DNA of 63,210 bases, counting the filler, from Choristocarpus tenellus KU-1152 (lineage: Eukaryota; Protista; Phaeophyceae): NCBI GenBank assembly GCA_964200185.2. It is 13 parts of 13 records of this genome, joined end to end, with 100 filler letters (N's around TTAATTAATTAA, not from the genome) between each part and the next. Parts side by side here need not be neighbours in the genome. Positions count along the whole stretch, not along the records: positions 51,717 to 57,814 come from CAXNAD020008942.1; positions 57,915 to 60,577 come from CAXNAD020025845.1; positions 60,678 to 63,210 come from CAXNAD020027000.1; 10 more parts are not named here. The stretch is one strand, 5' to 3'. The stretch's first letter is position 1. The number at the start of each line of letters is the position of its first letter. The notes beneath the pieces were generated by a model. The model ran no database searches. It worked only from the letters and a program-made list of their open reading frames with translations, and was not told the DNA's origin. Positions 51,717 to 63,210 of this stretch are shown one piece after another. Position numbers and translations under genes: made by a program.

Positions 51717-52990
51717 TGGACCCCGGCATGGACCTCTCTGCTAAACAAGATCATGAGGAGGAGCTAGATCCTATCATATACCCCTATGCCAGTATTCTTG
51801 GGAAACTTACATTCTTGGCAGGTGTGACTCGACCAGATCTGGCTAACAGTATACGTGAACTGGGGTGTAGAGCAGCATCTCCATGGATGCGACCCTTGCG
51901 CGGACTACAGCACGTTCTGCGCTACGTAGCAGGAACATTGGATGTCTGCATTCATTATGATCGAGTGGAAAAAGATATGAACGAGAGGGATGAAGAACTC
52001 CTGGCGGGTTATGGAGATTCTGACTAGGGCACAGACTCCCAAACACGCTGAAGTGTCACAGGCTACTTGCTACTGTTCAACAAGTCGCCGATTGCCTGGC
52101 GCTCCAAACTTCAAGGCGCAGTCACCCTCTCCAGCTCGGAGGCAGAGTGGATAGCAATGGCATATGGCATGCGCCACTGCATTTTCATTAGAGGCATTCT
52201 GGGGGAGATAGGCACACTACGGGACCAGACTCCCTGGTTCCGTGACAACTGTGGTGCTATTCAGGCGGGAAGCATCACAGGCTTCAATGGCAGGACTATG
52301 CACATAGATATGAAGTTGAAGTGTACCAGAGAGTATGTAGATCAAGGCATATTTCACATCGAGTATATTCCAACACGCAAGCAATTGGCAGACGTGTTAA
52401 CCAAGTCTTCACGCAAGAGTTTTATTTCTGATTTTGTGCATTCAGTGCTTTCACGTCGAGAGTGAGCTTTAGTCAGTAACTTTGCTGCACGCTCATGGGG
52501 GAGTGTGCAATATAGGCTATGCAATCTATAGGGAGTTATATCTTTAGTGAACAGTGAGATACAATAGAAGTATTGACTGAGTAGAGTAAGGGTCAAGAGT
52601 TTGATTTGATGTGCTTCGAGTAGCAGGTTCGTGTCTCGATCGATTGATTTCTTATTGTTTCAATATACGAACACGTTCTGGAGTATTTTTCTCCAGGTCC
52701 TTAGCAAAATACCAAGTTGCATCTCTCACAATCCTGGAAATGGTACGTCCTTAGCAATACCATGGTGCGTCTCCCGTGATCCTGGAAATGGCGCATCCTT
52801 AGCAATATCATGTTGAGTCTCTCACGATCCAGGAAATGGCGGATCCTTACCAATAACAAGTTGCATCTCCCACGATCCTGGAAACGGCAGGGTCCTTAGC
52901 AACACCATGTTGCGTCTCCCACGATCCACGAAATGTCCCTAGTGCAACGCCTAAAGTGAATCCTTGGAAAGAGTAGCACTAATTAATCGA
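51717..52990 (+). mobile_element. Ty1/Copia 3' end: RT C-terminus, RNase H, PPT and probable 3' LTR
   Basis: YASILGKLTFLAGVTRPDLA...GYGDSD*G...VTLSSSEAEW...DNCGAI...HIDMK...QLADVLTK, a polypurine tract gggggag at 52497-52503 and TG at 52504. Two nonsense mutations; the LTR end is approximate. Confidence 0.9.
52697..52935 (+). repeat. 48-bp tandem repeat, 5 copies, within the probable Copia LTR
   Basis: Unit ~gtccttagcaataccatgttgcgtctcccacgatcctggaaatggcgg. Confidence 0.9.
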
Positions 52991-53190
52991 CTCCCTTACA
53001 ACTGACATAGCATACACACAAACAGAGAAACTCTCCCTGGCTTCAATAGCTCTTCTATCAAAAGCCAGTCTGCATACAACATCACAGCTGTCACTTGACT
53101 ACCGTGGGTATGCAATAAAATACACAAGACATACAGGGGACAAACTCCAGTTATATAAGTCACAAGAATAACAAACACAAGGGAAGACAA

Positions 53191-53960
53191 TCACAAGGGG
53201 AAATGTTCCATTTCACCGAAGTAAGAGCTTCTTATGAAGCCTTCCAACCTGTCCTGTCTCGAACTAATGTCTTCCACCTCTCGAGATTCGGTTGGGGGAA
53301 GAGTTGTGGTCGACACCATATGCGCTCCCTCATTAGCCCCCCTTTCGGAAGGTCTTCTTGTCCTCTCCCTGGCTCGAACAGTCAGGGGACATTCACTCAC
53401 CTCATGACCCAGCCCTGTGCATCTCGTGCATCTTCTACCTTGGCCGTTATCTCCCCCCAGTCTTGCAGCCTGATCGAGGTCAGGGCAGTCGTACTTCGTG
53501 TGGCCATCTTCGCCACACATAAAACAGACTACGCAGCCCTTTACTTGACCCTTTTTATCAGCAATCCCCCTTCCCGCACTCACAACCAGAGCATGACTGT
53601 TCCCTTCGCCACTTGGTGAAGAACTTGACAGACTCCATGCTGGGAGCCTCTACCTCGACTCCATGTCCACTGCCCAGACTGATCCCCCACAGATGATGTC
53701 GGGGTCATGAAGAGCGAGCATACAGTCATAGACTCCAACAGTAGCTTGGACTCTCACTGCAAAAGCGAAGAAATCCTCTCCCTACTTCCCAGCAAACGTG
53801 GGGTGGTTGGTGACCTTAGTCGTACTGCTGGCAGACATCTTTTACACAATTACTGCTCCCCACCAGCCTTGTCGCTCAGTATACAACGTCCCAGGAACAA
53901 TCGGTTCGCTACGCAGCATGTTGAAATCTTCCGCACTGGACCCGCTGTCGCGCGACTTGA
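53191..53960 (-). mobile_element. LTR retrotransposon gag relic with two CCHC zinc knuckles
   Basis: CFMCGEDGHTKYDC and CTRCTGLGHEVSEC (C-x2-C-x4-H-x4-C). Confidence 0.75.
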
Positions 53961-55125
53961 CAGAGAACAATAACTGGCTTGGTGCAGATATACAATATTA
54001 ATGTTACAACACGCTTATGGTCTCGATTCCACTGACTGACCTTGTGTGGTGAGACAGGTGCAGATTACCATATTGGATTTGAAACGTCCACATATGTACC
54101 ATATATGATATTTCAACAGAAAATCTAATATCAGGTCCCTACAATACGTAAACATTGGCTAGACCTCAACTGAAATATATGGAAACATATATCTGGTTCT
54201 ACCAATCCTCCACTGGTGGTGTATATAATGAATCAACAGGACTATCCGCGAACAAAATCTTCTCTGAATGTTTAGAGGAACTTGCAAACAGTACTGATTG
54301 GTTGAATATCATGCCACAAACCAGTTCGGCATCGTCCGGACCAGAAAACAATCGGTAAGGAATTGCATAGATTCCTGTCTTTATGTCATGATAGTTCAAA
54401 ATGATTATGTTGGGTTCACACATGCAACTTTATTTTTCCCCCTTTAGAGACTACCTTGGAGACAACTATACGGAGACCAATTCTATTTCTAGTCTAAGTA
54501 TTGGTTGTTCTTCTCACACCATGCTATTTGCATGACCGTCGATCTCGACTCACGGCCAACCTTGGTGCCACCATTTCAGCACCGCATCAACCCCAAGACT
54601 AGGAGGGAAAGAAATCTTGTGGAGGAAATGCATCCTGCTTGAATTTTTTTTTTTCAATTTTACAAGACCAATCCACTTTGTGATGGGGATACAAATGCTT
54701 TTTTTTTCTCGTGGTCCTGATGCTGCTCTTCCTTACCATCCCCTGGCCAACTCAAAACCATTCCAGAGAAACAACACACCCCAGTAGGAGAATAACATCT
54801 TATAGCCCATCTCATTGCGGGCTGCCGATTTTTACAAGACCGAGTTAGAGATTGGCATCGAACAAGAATATAAGGTCTATACTGCTGACGGCATCAACTG
54901 AATTCTTTATAGTGAAATCGCCTTCTTAACGGGGTCATACGGTGCAGTCGACTGAACCGTTACCCTGTCTCTATTCATCCCTCCACTCCAGGTAATACTT
55001 TTTCATAGCCCATTACATAGTGTGTTCTAGTATTAGATGAGGTGTCATGACACGGAGCCAGAGAGTTGCACTGAAGAAAACAACCTGTCATTATTTGTAG
55101 AAGATTTATTTTTAGAGTACTTCAG

Positions 55126-55382
55126 AAGTGAACGTATCTTAGAGGGTATGAGTTTTGCCCTGTTTGTCCATTTGGTGCTTGGTTTCTAATGTTTTTTTTT
55201 ATGACATTTTCCTACTCCAAAATGTTTTGAGTAGGTCAAATGTATACGTTATGAAAAGGTGTGTCCGGAATATGGATATTGACACTTCCTAACAAACACG
55301 ATAACCAAATTACATTATAATCTCAACATTGGATTTTGACCCCCAAATGGACGCGGCTCTACCCTCTAAGATACTTTGGCTC
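55126..55382 (-). mobile_element. MITE family A, full length, no recognisable TSD
   Basis: aagtgaacgtatcttagagggta...taccctctaagatactttggctc. Confidence 0.9.
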
Positions 55383-55658
55383 ATTTATAGTGCTAGTAGT
55401 CAAGAAATGCGACTGTATTATCCCGTTGTCGTAGAAGGTCATATCTATCACCATCAGGAGTTGCTTTTCTTTGCGTTAATGTCTATTGCTTTACGCACAC
55501 TACAATTGTGGTTGATGCTTATAATCTAGTTGTCCCCTCCTGTTAATGTGTTTGATGTATTGCTTACATTACATTTCCTCTTCTCCAGTCTCTATCGTTC
55601 TAATATTGTGTTTTTGCATTCTTTCCCATATATGCCTCATTTTCTACATAACAAAATA

Positions 55659-57814
55659 GTGGTACCAGTAGCTTCGCCCTCTGGGGTTGTCCTGTAATAA
55701 TGTTTGATGTAGATATCGGAAAAAAACATAAAATCATATTCGTGATGCCCGTACAAGGCCCTCCAGAATACGGGCTTCGTTTATTTTTTCGCCATTTTTT
55801 TCAATTTTTGAAGAAAGAGCGCTCATATTGGGGTTCGAACTCTGGATTGTAGGTCAACAAGAGTTGCAACAGATGCACTATTACATGATTAAAATGTAGG
55901 GCTTAGCCGAGAAAAAAGCCTCCCAATCCTTTCTTCCTGTGTGTTCGCGCACCCACTCTTTGACCTCGACAAGGATGTCCTCGTCGACGCCCAGAACGAA
56001 ACGCCTCTTGTAGTGCCCTTGCTCCAACACCTTGATGTGGCCCTTAGTTAGGAAGTCTCTCTCCCATTTACTCACAGTTTCCAACCTGACCATCGCATAT
56101 CCTGCTGCCACCTCAAGAGCCATTTGATAGTCTTTCCCATCGTTCATACACAGGTACAGGATTCGCAGTGTTATAGCCCTTACTATCACATTTCCTCGTT
56201 GAGCACCGGAAATGGGCGACATCCGTGTTTCCTGGGCGGGTGATATTTATTCATCAAGGTGCAAGGGAGGACAGGCTTGAGTTGATCGGAAATTGTGTTG
56301 ATTTCTCGAATGAATGCAGGCTGGGAGAAAGCCTTAATCAACTTTATACATCCAACCCTAAGTCTAGGAACAAAAGTGAACGTACGGCATCTTGCAAGAA
56401 GTGGGAGACACCAAACCATCGGTGTGCAAATAGTCTCAATCTCACCTCCTCTGAGTGAAAGTATCTTAGAGGGTACGAGCCTTGCCCTGTTTGTCCATTA
56501 GGAGCTTGGCTTCCCATTGATTTTTTTATGGTGTTTTCCTACTCCAAAATGTTTCGGAGTACGTAAGATGTGTACGTTATGAAAATGTGTGCCCGGAACA
56601 TTGATATTGACACTTCGTAACAAACACAATAGCCAAAATAACATCAAAATCACCGAATTGGATTTTGGTCCCCAAATGGACGCGACTCTACCCTCTAAGA
56701 TACTTTGGCTCTCTTCTTCCCTGGCATCAACGTCGATGGGTACCACCTGCTTTGCGATCTCTTCGAAGTAAAGGATTTGGTGATAGGGAAAAGTCTCCAC
56801 AGCTGCAAGTGTTATGATCGCTTTCTCCTCCGTCTTGTGAGTCCTTTCCACCTTCTTTCCGGCTTCAGAGCCCTTGTAGCCCAACTCCAACACCTTCTTT
56901 CTCGTTTCCTCAAGCTACTCCGGTTTGCATAGCTTCCAAACAAGCAGAGCCTCATGCAACTGTCGACTACTTAAATATTCTACAGCCGGGTTTTCGCTTA
57001 GGCGTTTCCTGAGCGTAATGGCACACAGTCGCACTGCTCTCCTCGCCAACCTTCCCTTCGGCCCGCCACCCTGGTTCTCCTTTCGCCTGCCGTGACCAGG
57101 CTTCTTCACAGACTTCATCACTGTACCACCTGGTGATGGACTCGCCGCTCTCTTCCTGCTTTACCAAGGCAGCAGAGACTGCAGAGCAGTGCTCCAACGT
57201 GGTTAAAGATCCAACCACATTTGTGTGGTAATGCTTTCTATGCTCCTTCTCTCAGCGTCAGCGTTGCGGCCCCGTGATCCATTTCGCGATTTGATCATGC
57301 TGCTACGCCACAGTACACGCCCTTTCTTGTCACCTAACATTGCACTGAGTGCCACACGGTACTTGTTTTTCCGTTGCCTCTCGACAGAGAAGAGATGCCG
57401 AGGGTAGATCCAGGGGGCAGAGTGGCCTCGGCGGCTCTCATTTTCTCACCATTGTGGTTTATGTTACTGTGTGGATCACCTACGTGTGTGCTCACAGCAA
57501 GTCTGCAAAATGCGTTAAAACGATGTCCGGAAATCACCATCAAAGAATAGCAAAAACACGGGGAAGCATCTCCGACGCAGTTTTGAAGGTCACGAACTCA
57601 AAACAGACAAATATTAAGTGGTTGGCTGAATTCCCCGCAGAACACTGGTCCGGGATAGGCCCCTGACAATATACCGTGCGTGTGGCAATACTGAACCCCC
57701 CCCAAGATTTCCTGACATCGTTTTAACGCATTTTGCAGACTTGCTGTGAGCACACACGTAGGTGATCCACACAGTAACATAAACCACAATGGTGAGAAAA
57801 TGAGAGCCGCCGAG
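55659..57814 (-). mobile_element. TIR DNA transposon derivative (copy 2) with a nested MITE and a terminal fold-back
   Basis: Starts gtggtaccagtagcttcgccctctg and is colinear with copy 1 to ~57535. The ORF remnant reads ALEVAAGYAMVRLETVSKWERDF...DEDILVEVKEWVREH. Confidence 0.85.
56453..56711 (-). mobile_element. MITE family A, full length (259 bp), nested in the TIR element
   Basis: TSD tct/tct, confirmed by the empty paralogous site acctcctct^tcttccc at ~46421-46436. Confidence 0.96.
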
Positions 57815-58234
57815 NNNNNNNNNNNNNNNNNNNNNNNNNNNNNNNNNNNNNNNNNNNNTTAATTAATTAANNNNNNNNNNNNNNNNNNNNNNNNNNNNNN
57901 NNNNNNNNNNNNNNATGGTTTGGGGGTGGGGGATCCTCCACCATGAGCGCAATAAGAAAAAAATTACATACTATTTTTTTGACGAAGTGTTTTTTCAGTT
58001 GACGACCTATCAAAAGAAAATGGGTACTGATCAGTGGATAATAGATTATATGTTTGGAACAATTTGGTTTCAGCTTGATGGAAGGAGGAATTGAGTATCA
58101 TATCTTGATGAAGCAATGTGTTCTTTTGAGGGCGGACTTGTTCAATGAACCTTATTGGACCACTCATCTGATATTACGGAAACTCCTACTATTTCTATAG
58201 TTATCGGTAGGTGATTTGTCACTTCAATGGGATA

Positions 58235-58890
58235 TCTTGATTGTAAGCAATATGCCTTCCAAAACTTGCAATTTCTGCGCTAACCTCGTGAATTATGGTG
58301 GTATCGTCTAAGATACATTTTAGCAAAAAAATACTCCGGACATTAATCCGGTTGAACTAAATCATATAAGTACAGAATTAGCCTAAAACAAATATTCTAA
58401 ATAACATAATACTTCCAAGGCGAAAGCTATTGTAAAATTCCGTTATGATCAGTCCGATAAGAATCCAGGAAATCAAGTAAGCCATGAGAAATTTGGAAAT
58501 GGCACTATAGTTAGAAAAAATGATAATGTTGAAATAATGTTGAAATTGCTTTTTAATGAGTTCAAACAATATATACCAAACAAATAGTGGTCTTGATTGT
58601 AAGCGATGTACCTTCCACAACTTACAATTTCTCTGCTAACCTCTCCAGTTATGATGGTATCGTTTAATATACGTTTTGGGTAAGCGGTGCTTACGACATT
58701 AATCCAGATATAGAAATGAATCTTATAAATTCAGTCAAAAGCTTTTGAAAAAGTCCATTAAGACATTCCGATGAGAATCCATGAAATCAAGTATGCCATC
58801 AAAAACTTGGAAATGGGACTATAGTTGGAAAAAGTGATGACAGTGTTGAAATTGCGTTTGAAAAAGTTTAAACAATATTCCATTCAAACA
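58235..58890 (+). repeat. Diverged ~350-bp tandem duplication with decayed coding character
   Basis: Units start tcttgattgtaagc at 58235 and 58591; both contain aaatcaagta.gccat.a.aaa.ttggaaatgg.actatagtt. Confidence 0.75.
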
Positions 58891-59152
58891 GATATCGATG
58901 AATTCTAAGATTCAAATCCTTTTCTCTGCTTGTCAATGTTCTGTATTATATGTTCGGGTTCTTCACGGCTACTACATCATAATTTAGTATTGAGAGTAGT
59001 AGAGAAGGGAATATGTCGAGTAGTAGTAATATTAGTACCCACACTCGAGAGAACACCCGATTTCCAGCGAGTAGAAACATTGGGGTTTCAACAAATTTTG
59101 ACCTTTCACCAACAAATTTCAAGATTGAGAGTTATGAAAGCGGGTCACGTGG

Positions 59153-60356
59153 ATGTTGAGAGCTGTCACAGCAGGTAAGCTGGCCTTGGTATCGCTACTC
59201 ACCAGTCACTCCCATACACGTGGGAACTAGTGACTGTAGACTGACGAGGGGAGACTAAAGACTGGCTACTGGTGACTGACTGGTTATGGCGATTGAAGAC
59301 TGCGTACATGAAATTCGATTGTTGAACAGGGTGCATTCGTCGGCAATGTTGTGGAATTCTCCTGACCTACTTCAAGGATCAAGAAGGATCAGACAGAGGC
59401 CTCTGGGTGAAGAGTAAAGGCGAAGCAGCGACTGAAGAGGTGAAAGGTCACCATCAAAACTGCAACACCCTCCAGAACAGTTTTTGTTCAAGTCGTGCTC
59501 CTGATATGTTTACAACAAAGAAAGGCGCGCAAGTACTAGGTGCAGCAGCTGATGAATGTATTGCTTGTTTGAATATGAAACCTTCAGTTCCCTACTCCCC
59601 CACGTCCTTGCAAGCTGTGCGATGTGTGATACGCATATACCCCACAGTCAGCAATCGTATTTCCATTGTCTTATATGCTGTAGTAAGTGGCGCCACCTCT
59701 TCTTGTGCCATGCAATTCCTTTCGACATACTACAACGTAGCTCTGTGGCGAAGTCAGTGGTGAATTTTTTCCACTTGTAGGAATAGGAAGTGCATGTTCT
59801 TCCTGTTCCTCGTTTTGGATCGCACTGAGCTCACTTAATCGTAACCCCCCTTCTTTCCCTGGTACTGCCCTTGATAACCCGTAACCACCGTGCCTCCATA
59901 CCGTACCTCCTCCCTTTTTCCGAACAGGGTCGCTAGACACTGCACTGCAACTCCAGAGCGTATCTGGAGATATGTACCCTTAGAAGGATAAGTTTTTCCG
60001 CCTTCACCTACTCACTCCCCACACTCAAATGGATTGTTGTAAGGGTAAGAGAAATGAACATAGGCAAAGAGATCCCAGAAGGAGGAGCAGAGTGATGTTG
60101 AGTTGAGGGGGGGGGGGGGGGAAAGCGGTTCTAATGAGATGAAGGCGAACGAAAAAATGCTAGGAAGATGTTAAACCTTGTGGAGTTCAAGAGTGTTGGT
60201 ATGGTCTTCGGCAAGATTGATGCACCGATGATACTTGACAGGCCTAACAAAATTTGTCCAGCACTACTAGTTACTCATACACTTCGATGTTAGGATGAGC
60301 TTTCTCGGGAGGAGGATGAGATCAAGGCCAAGTTTGTCAGTGAGGATGTGTCCATG
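59153..60356 (+). CDS. Unassigned multi-exon gene, 5' part
   Basis: Candidate exons 59153-59174, 59330-59439 and 60294-60356 have AG/GT ends and give MLRAVTAGCIRRQ...EAATEE..DELSREEDEIKAKF. No family recognised. Confidence 0.35.
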
Positions 60357-63210
60357 GTGAGTACCTTTTTTTGTGCACCAATAGGATGATTTTTTTTTTC
60401 ACTGACTACACAAAATGTGTTTTCAGCCCACATCACATGAGACAGTTACGAAGTCTTTCTAATTCATGTCGGAACAAGAAAATGAACACATCTGGTAAGT
60501 ATGTTTTGCTTTTTTGTTTGTATGTTAGAGACGACCAGATTTTGCACATATTTTTTGAACCTCACAACACACACTTGNNNNNNNNNNNNNNNNNNNNNNN
60601 NNNNNNNNNNNNNNNNNNNNNTTAATTAATTAANNNNNNNNNNNNNNNNNNNNNNNNNNNNNNNNNNNNNNNNNNNNCTAAACAACCATCCTCATAGTCC
60701 TGCACCATCCTCAATTTTGAGAAATCCCTGTTAACTGTGTGTAGTGACACAGAGGAGAATCATGATTCAGGCAGGGACTTTCGCAAAAGACCTCTAAAAT
60801 GATAGATTGCTCTCTGAATGATGATCCTCCCCCGTGGAACCATGGTACTTCACCAAGGTCATCACTAGGGTCATTGGAAAGAACATTAACTGTGTGACAG
60901 TATATGAGGTATGGTAATAAAGGGTAGGATAACACCCAACCCTGCTTTCCACATCACCCCCCCTACTGATGGATCTTGAGGCCATGCAAGCATGATTAGA
61001 TACCAAAGTGGGAGCTCTGGGAGCAAGATGAGAAATAGGTAGGATTGCTAGCATAATATTGCACACCATCTCACTATATCATACGACTTCAGCGATACGG
61101 AATGAAGTGTGATACACGAACGTGGCATTAGTTGATATCTTATTATACAAGATCTGGGCTAATGCAGACAGGTCATGAACAACATTGGCACAGGGATCTG
61201 TACCAGTCATCCAATGAATATCTTACTTCAACGATAGGTTGATACACTATGAGCCAAATCAATCGAGAGGTAGGCAGGTTTGGACTCTTTTGCATTCCAA
61301 GCTATCTTCCTTACCCTGTGCAACAAACCCTATTTTGTTGCTTTATGTGCACAATAGTGTGCGCAAAATTGATCTTCCTTCTTTCCACATAAAATAACAC
61401 CACAATTCAACCAAGGCTTTTTGCCATTGTGCAGAACGATATCTTTTTGCCCTTTCTCAGGATCCACACTACCTCTCAGTTGAGTAGAGTAATGCAAGAC
61501 ATACAGACTACGCAAGGAGGATGATAGCACCAGTAAATACAAATACTCATGTCAAGACTGTCTGGAGTGATAATTTTACTGATTATCCAATCCATCTACC
61601 GTAGGACAGGCTGCAATCTTTTCATGGCAATTGTGAGATTTCTTCTGCTTTTTGGTGGAGGTCACAAGAAAGTCCACTGCCATGAAGATTATGACAATAA
61701 TACATTCAGTTGTGGACGAACGATGACCAGTTAGGTCTATGTCTAACAATGGATGTTGTGAACTGAAAGAATTGCAATCCACGATTAGATCTTCTACAGG
61801 AACAACTCAATTAGCTACATTGAACTGTGGGCATGCAAGGCAAAACATTCAAAGCCTTCACAGTCTCAGGAGACAGATCCTGAAGGCATGAATAGTAGTG
61901 AAATATGTACTCAGTTGTGGATAGTTACAGCTTGGGACGAGTATACATGTGACGTTGTGGCCTTTTACATGTTCAGCAGTCACACCAGTTCTCATTGTAG
62001 TAATGTGACAAAAAGACGAATGAGTACTTGGCTATCTGTGGTACGTACGTGAGAAGGACCCAAGCAGCTGGTCCTGGTAAGCATATATTTTTCAGGATTT
62101 TTTTATTTTGGAGTAAGCATACGCTAGCGCAGGCGAGCCTATATGCCAGGACGAGAGTCAGTATTGATAGTGTACAGACATAGACAATGGATGTACTGAC
62201 AATAATGACTTGTTTTCTACTGTACATACATTAGAGAGCTTGCACTGACAACGTTTACATGGTCATACGCGGTAAGCATGTGAGAGAGCCGGTCCTCAAA
62301 ATGTACAGACGCACATACATAGAAGGATGATGGACGGACAGGAATTGTTTTGTTTTGCACAATACATACATGAGAGAGACCCAAAAGATTGTAAGGGTTC
62401 CTTTCAGATAATTATATTAATTGTTATCACAAATTGGACCCTATTGGAGGGGCATTATAAATCCCTCAGGGGTTGCGCGTAGGGCATGGCAGGGAAGGAG
62501 AGGAGGGAGTGTGGCGCGACTCCTTGCATCTTTGCGTGCCAGAGGGGTTATCATTTTGTTATTGTTCAACTTGTGGTGTCAAAATCTGACCTACATCCGA
62601 ACTATACAAAAATAAAATAGGACTAGAAGGTACCAATCTAGGAGTTGCTTTTTATGGATTTCTTCTTTTACATACACTGCAACACTCCGGTTGGTGTTTT
62701 ATATATTGTATAGTTCTCTGCTGCTGTATTCTTTACTTGGTGTTTCTTCTCCACACTCTATTATTATTGGAATTATTGTGTTTTGTTGTTTCATTTCCTT
62801 TGTGTTTTTTCTTTTCATATATAGCAATGACAGCGGTTTTGGTTGTTTCAAGAGTGCACTTGCTTCAAGACTACATCCCCCCATTTCCTTGGCATTTCCT
62901 TGGTAACAACAAGTTAGTTGTAGGCGGAGATCTTCCATGCTTGCAAATTAGGTGAACAAATGATTCAAATGTCAGACTTCTGCACTGCCGTTTCCTATTT
63001 TCTGCCCTCGACCTCTACCTCCTACAACTAACTATAGAACATCATCCAGTTCAATACCCCTACATCAACTACTCATCATGCTGGAATACCACCCACCTAT
63101 CTCGGCAATGCAATATGTCATGACCCGATCATATTATTCAACCACATTATTTGTAAAGCACAAATAACAGGGGAATCTCAAAATTGAGGAAGGCGCGGGA
63201 CTATGAGGAT

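Noticed and set aside
52697-52935. CRISPR-like appearance of the 48-bp array (also the 42-, 47- and 57-bp repeats)
   Set aside because: Units are contiguous and degenerate with no unique spacers, there are no cas genes, and the context is eukaryotic.
54155-54960. Possible exon chain on the + strand
   Set aside because: Several AG/GT-bounded segments exist, but I found no consistent frame or recognisable protein.
59281-59292. tggttatggcg as a Copia primer-binding site (similar motif near 39170)
   Set aside because: No LTR or gag could be supported at 59281, which lies in a probable intron. The 39170 case has only a doubtful zinc-knuckle remnant downstream.

Overview
This window is not one locus. 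It is 13 short eukaryotic contigs joined by 12 artificial 100-bp spacers (N44-TTAATTAATTAA-N44), so adjacency across a spacer means nothing. The DNA is intron-rich and repeat-rich nuclear sequence with GT-AG introns and interstitial TTAGGG tracts; a stramenopile or brown-alga-like source is my inference only. Genes reconstructed by hand are a GT41/O-GlcNAc-transferase-like C-terminal part, a class II Hsp40 (DNAJB-like), a COQ7-like gene lacking di-iron ligands, 14 exons of mitochondrial EF-G (GFM1), a probable ABHD4/5-like membrane hydrolase and a few unassigned exon sets. The rest is mostly decayed Gypsy, Copia and LINE relics plus two copies of a ~2-kb TIR element. Four observations stand out. 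(1) Three MITE families with unrelated interiors share the terminus G-N-N-Y-S-AAAGTAT and a subterminal GTCCRTT motif, and make 3-bp (once 4-bp) TSDs with no TWA preference; one TSD is verified against an empty paralogous site in this window. (2) An intact 73-codon DegT/DnrJ/EryC1/StrS aminotransferase fragment of prokaryote/virus type sits inside an EF-G intron. (3) The COQ7 homologue is a putative pseudoenzyme or pseudogene. (4) Repeat copies show CpG-decay signatures. All assignments come from motif recognition by eye; no searches were run.
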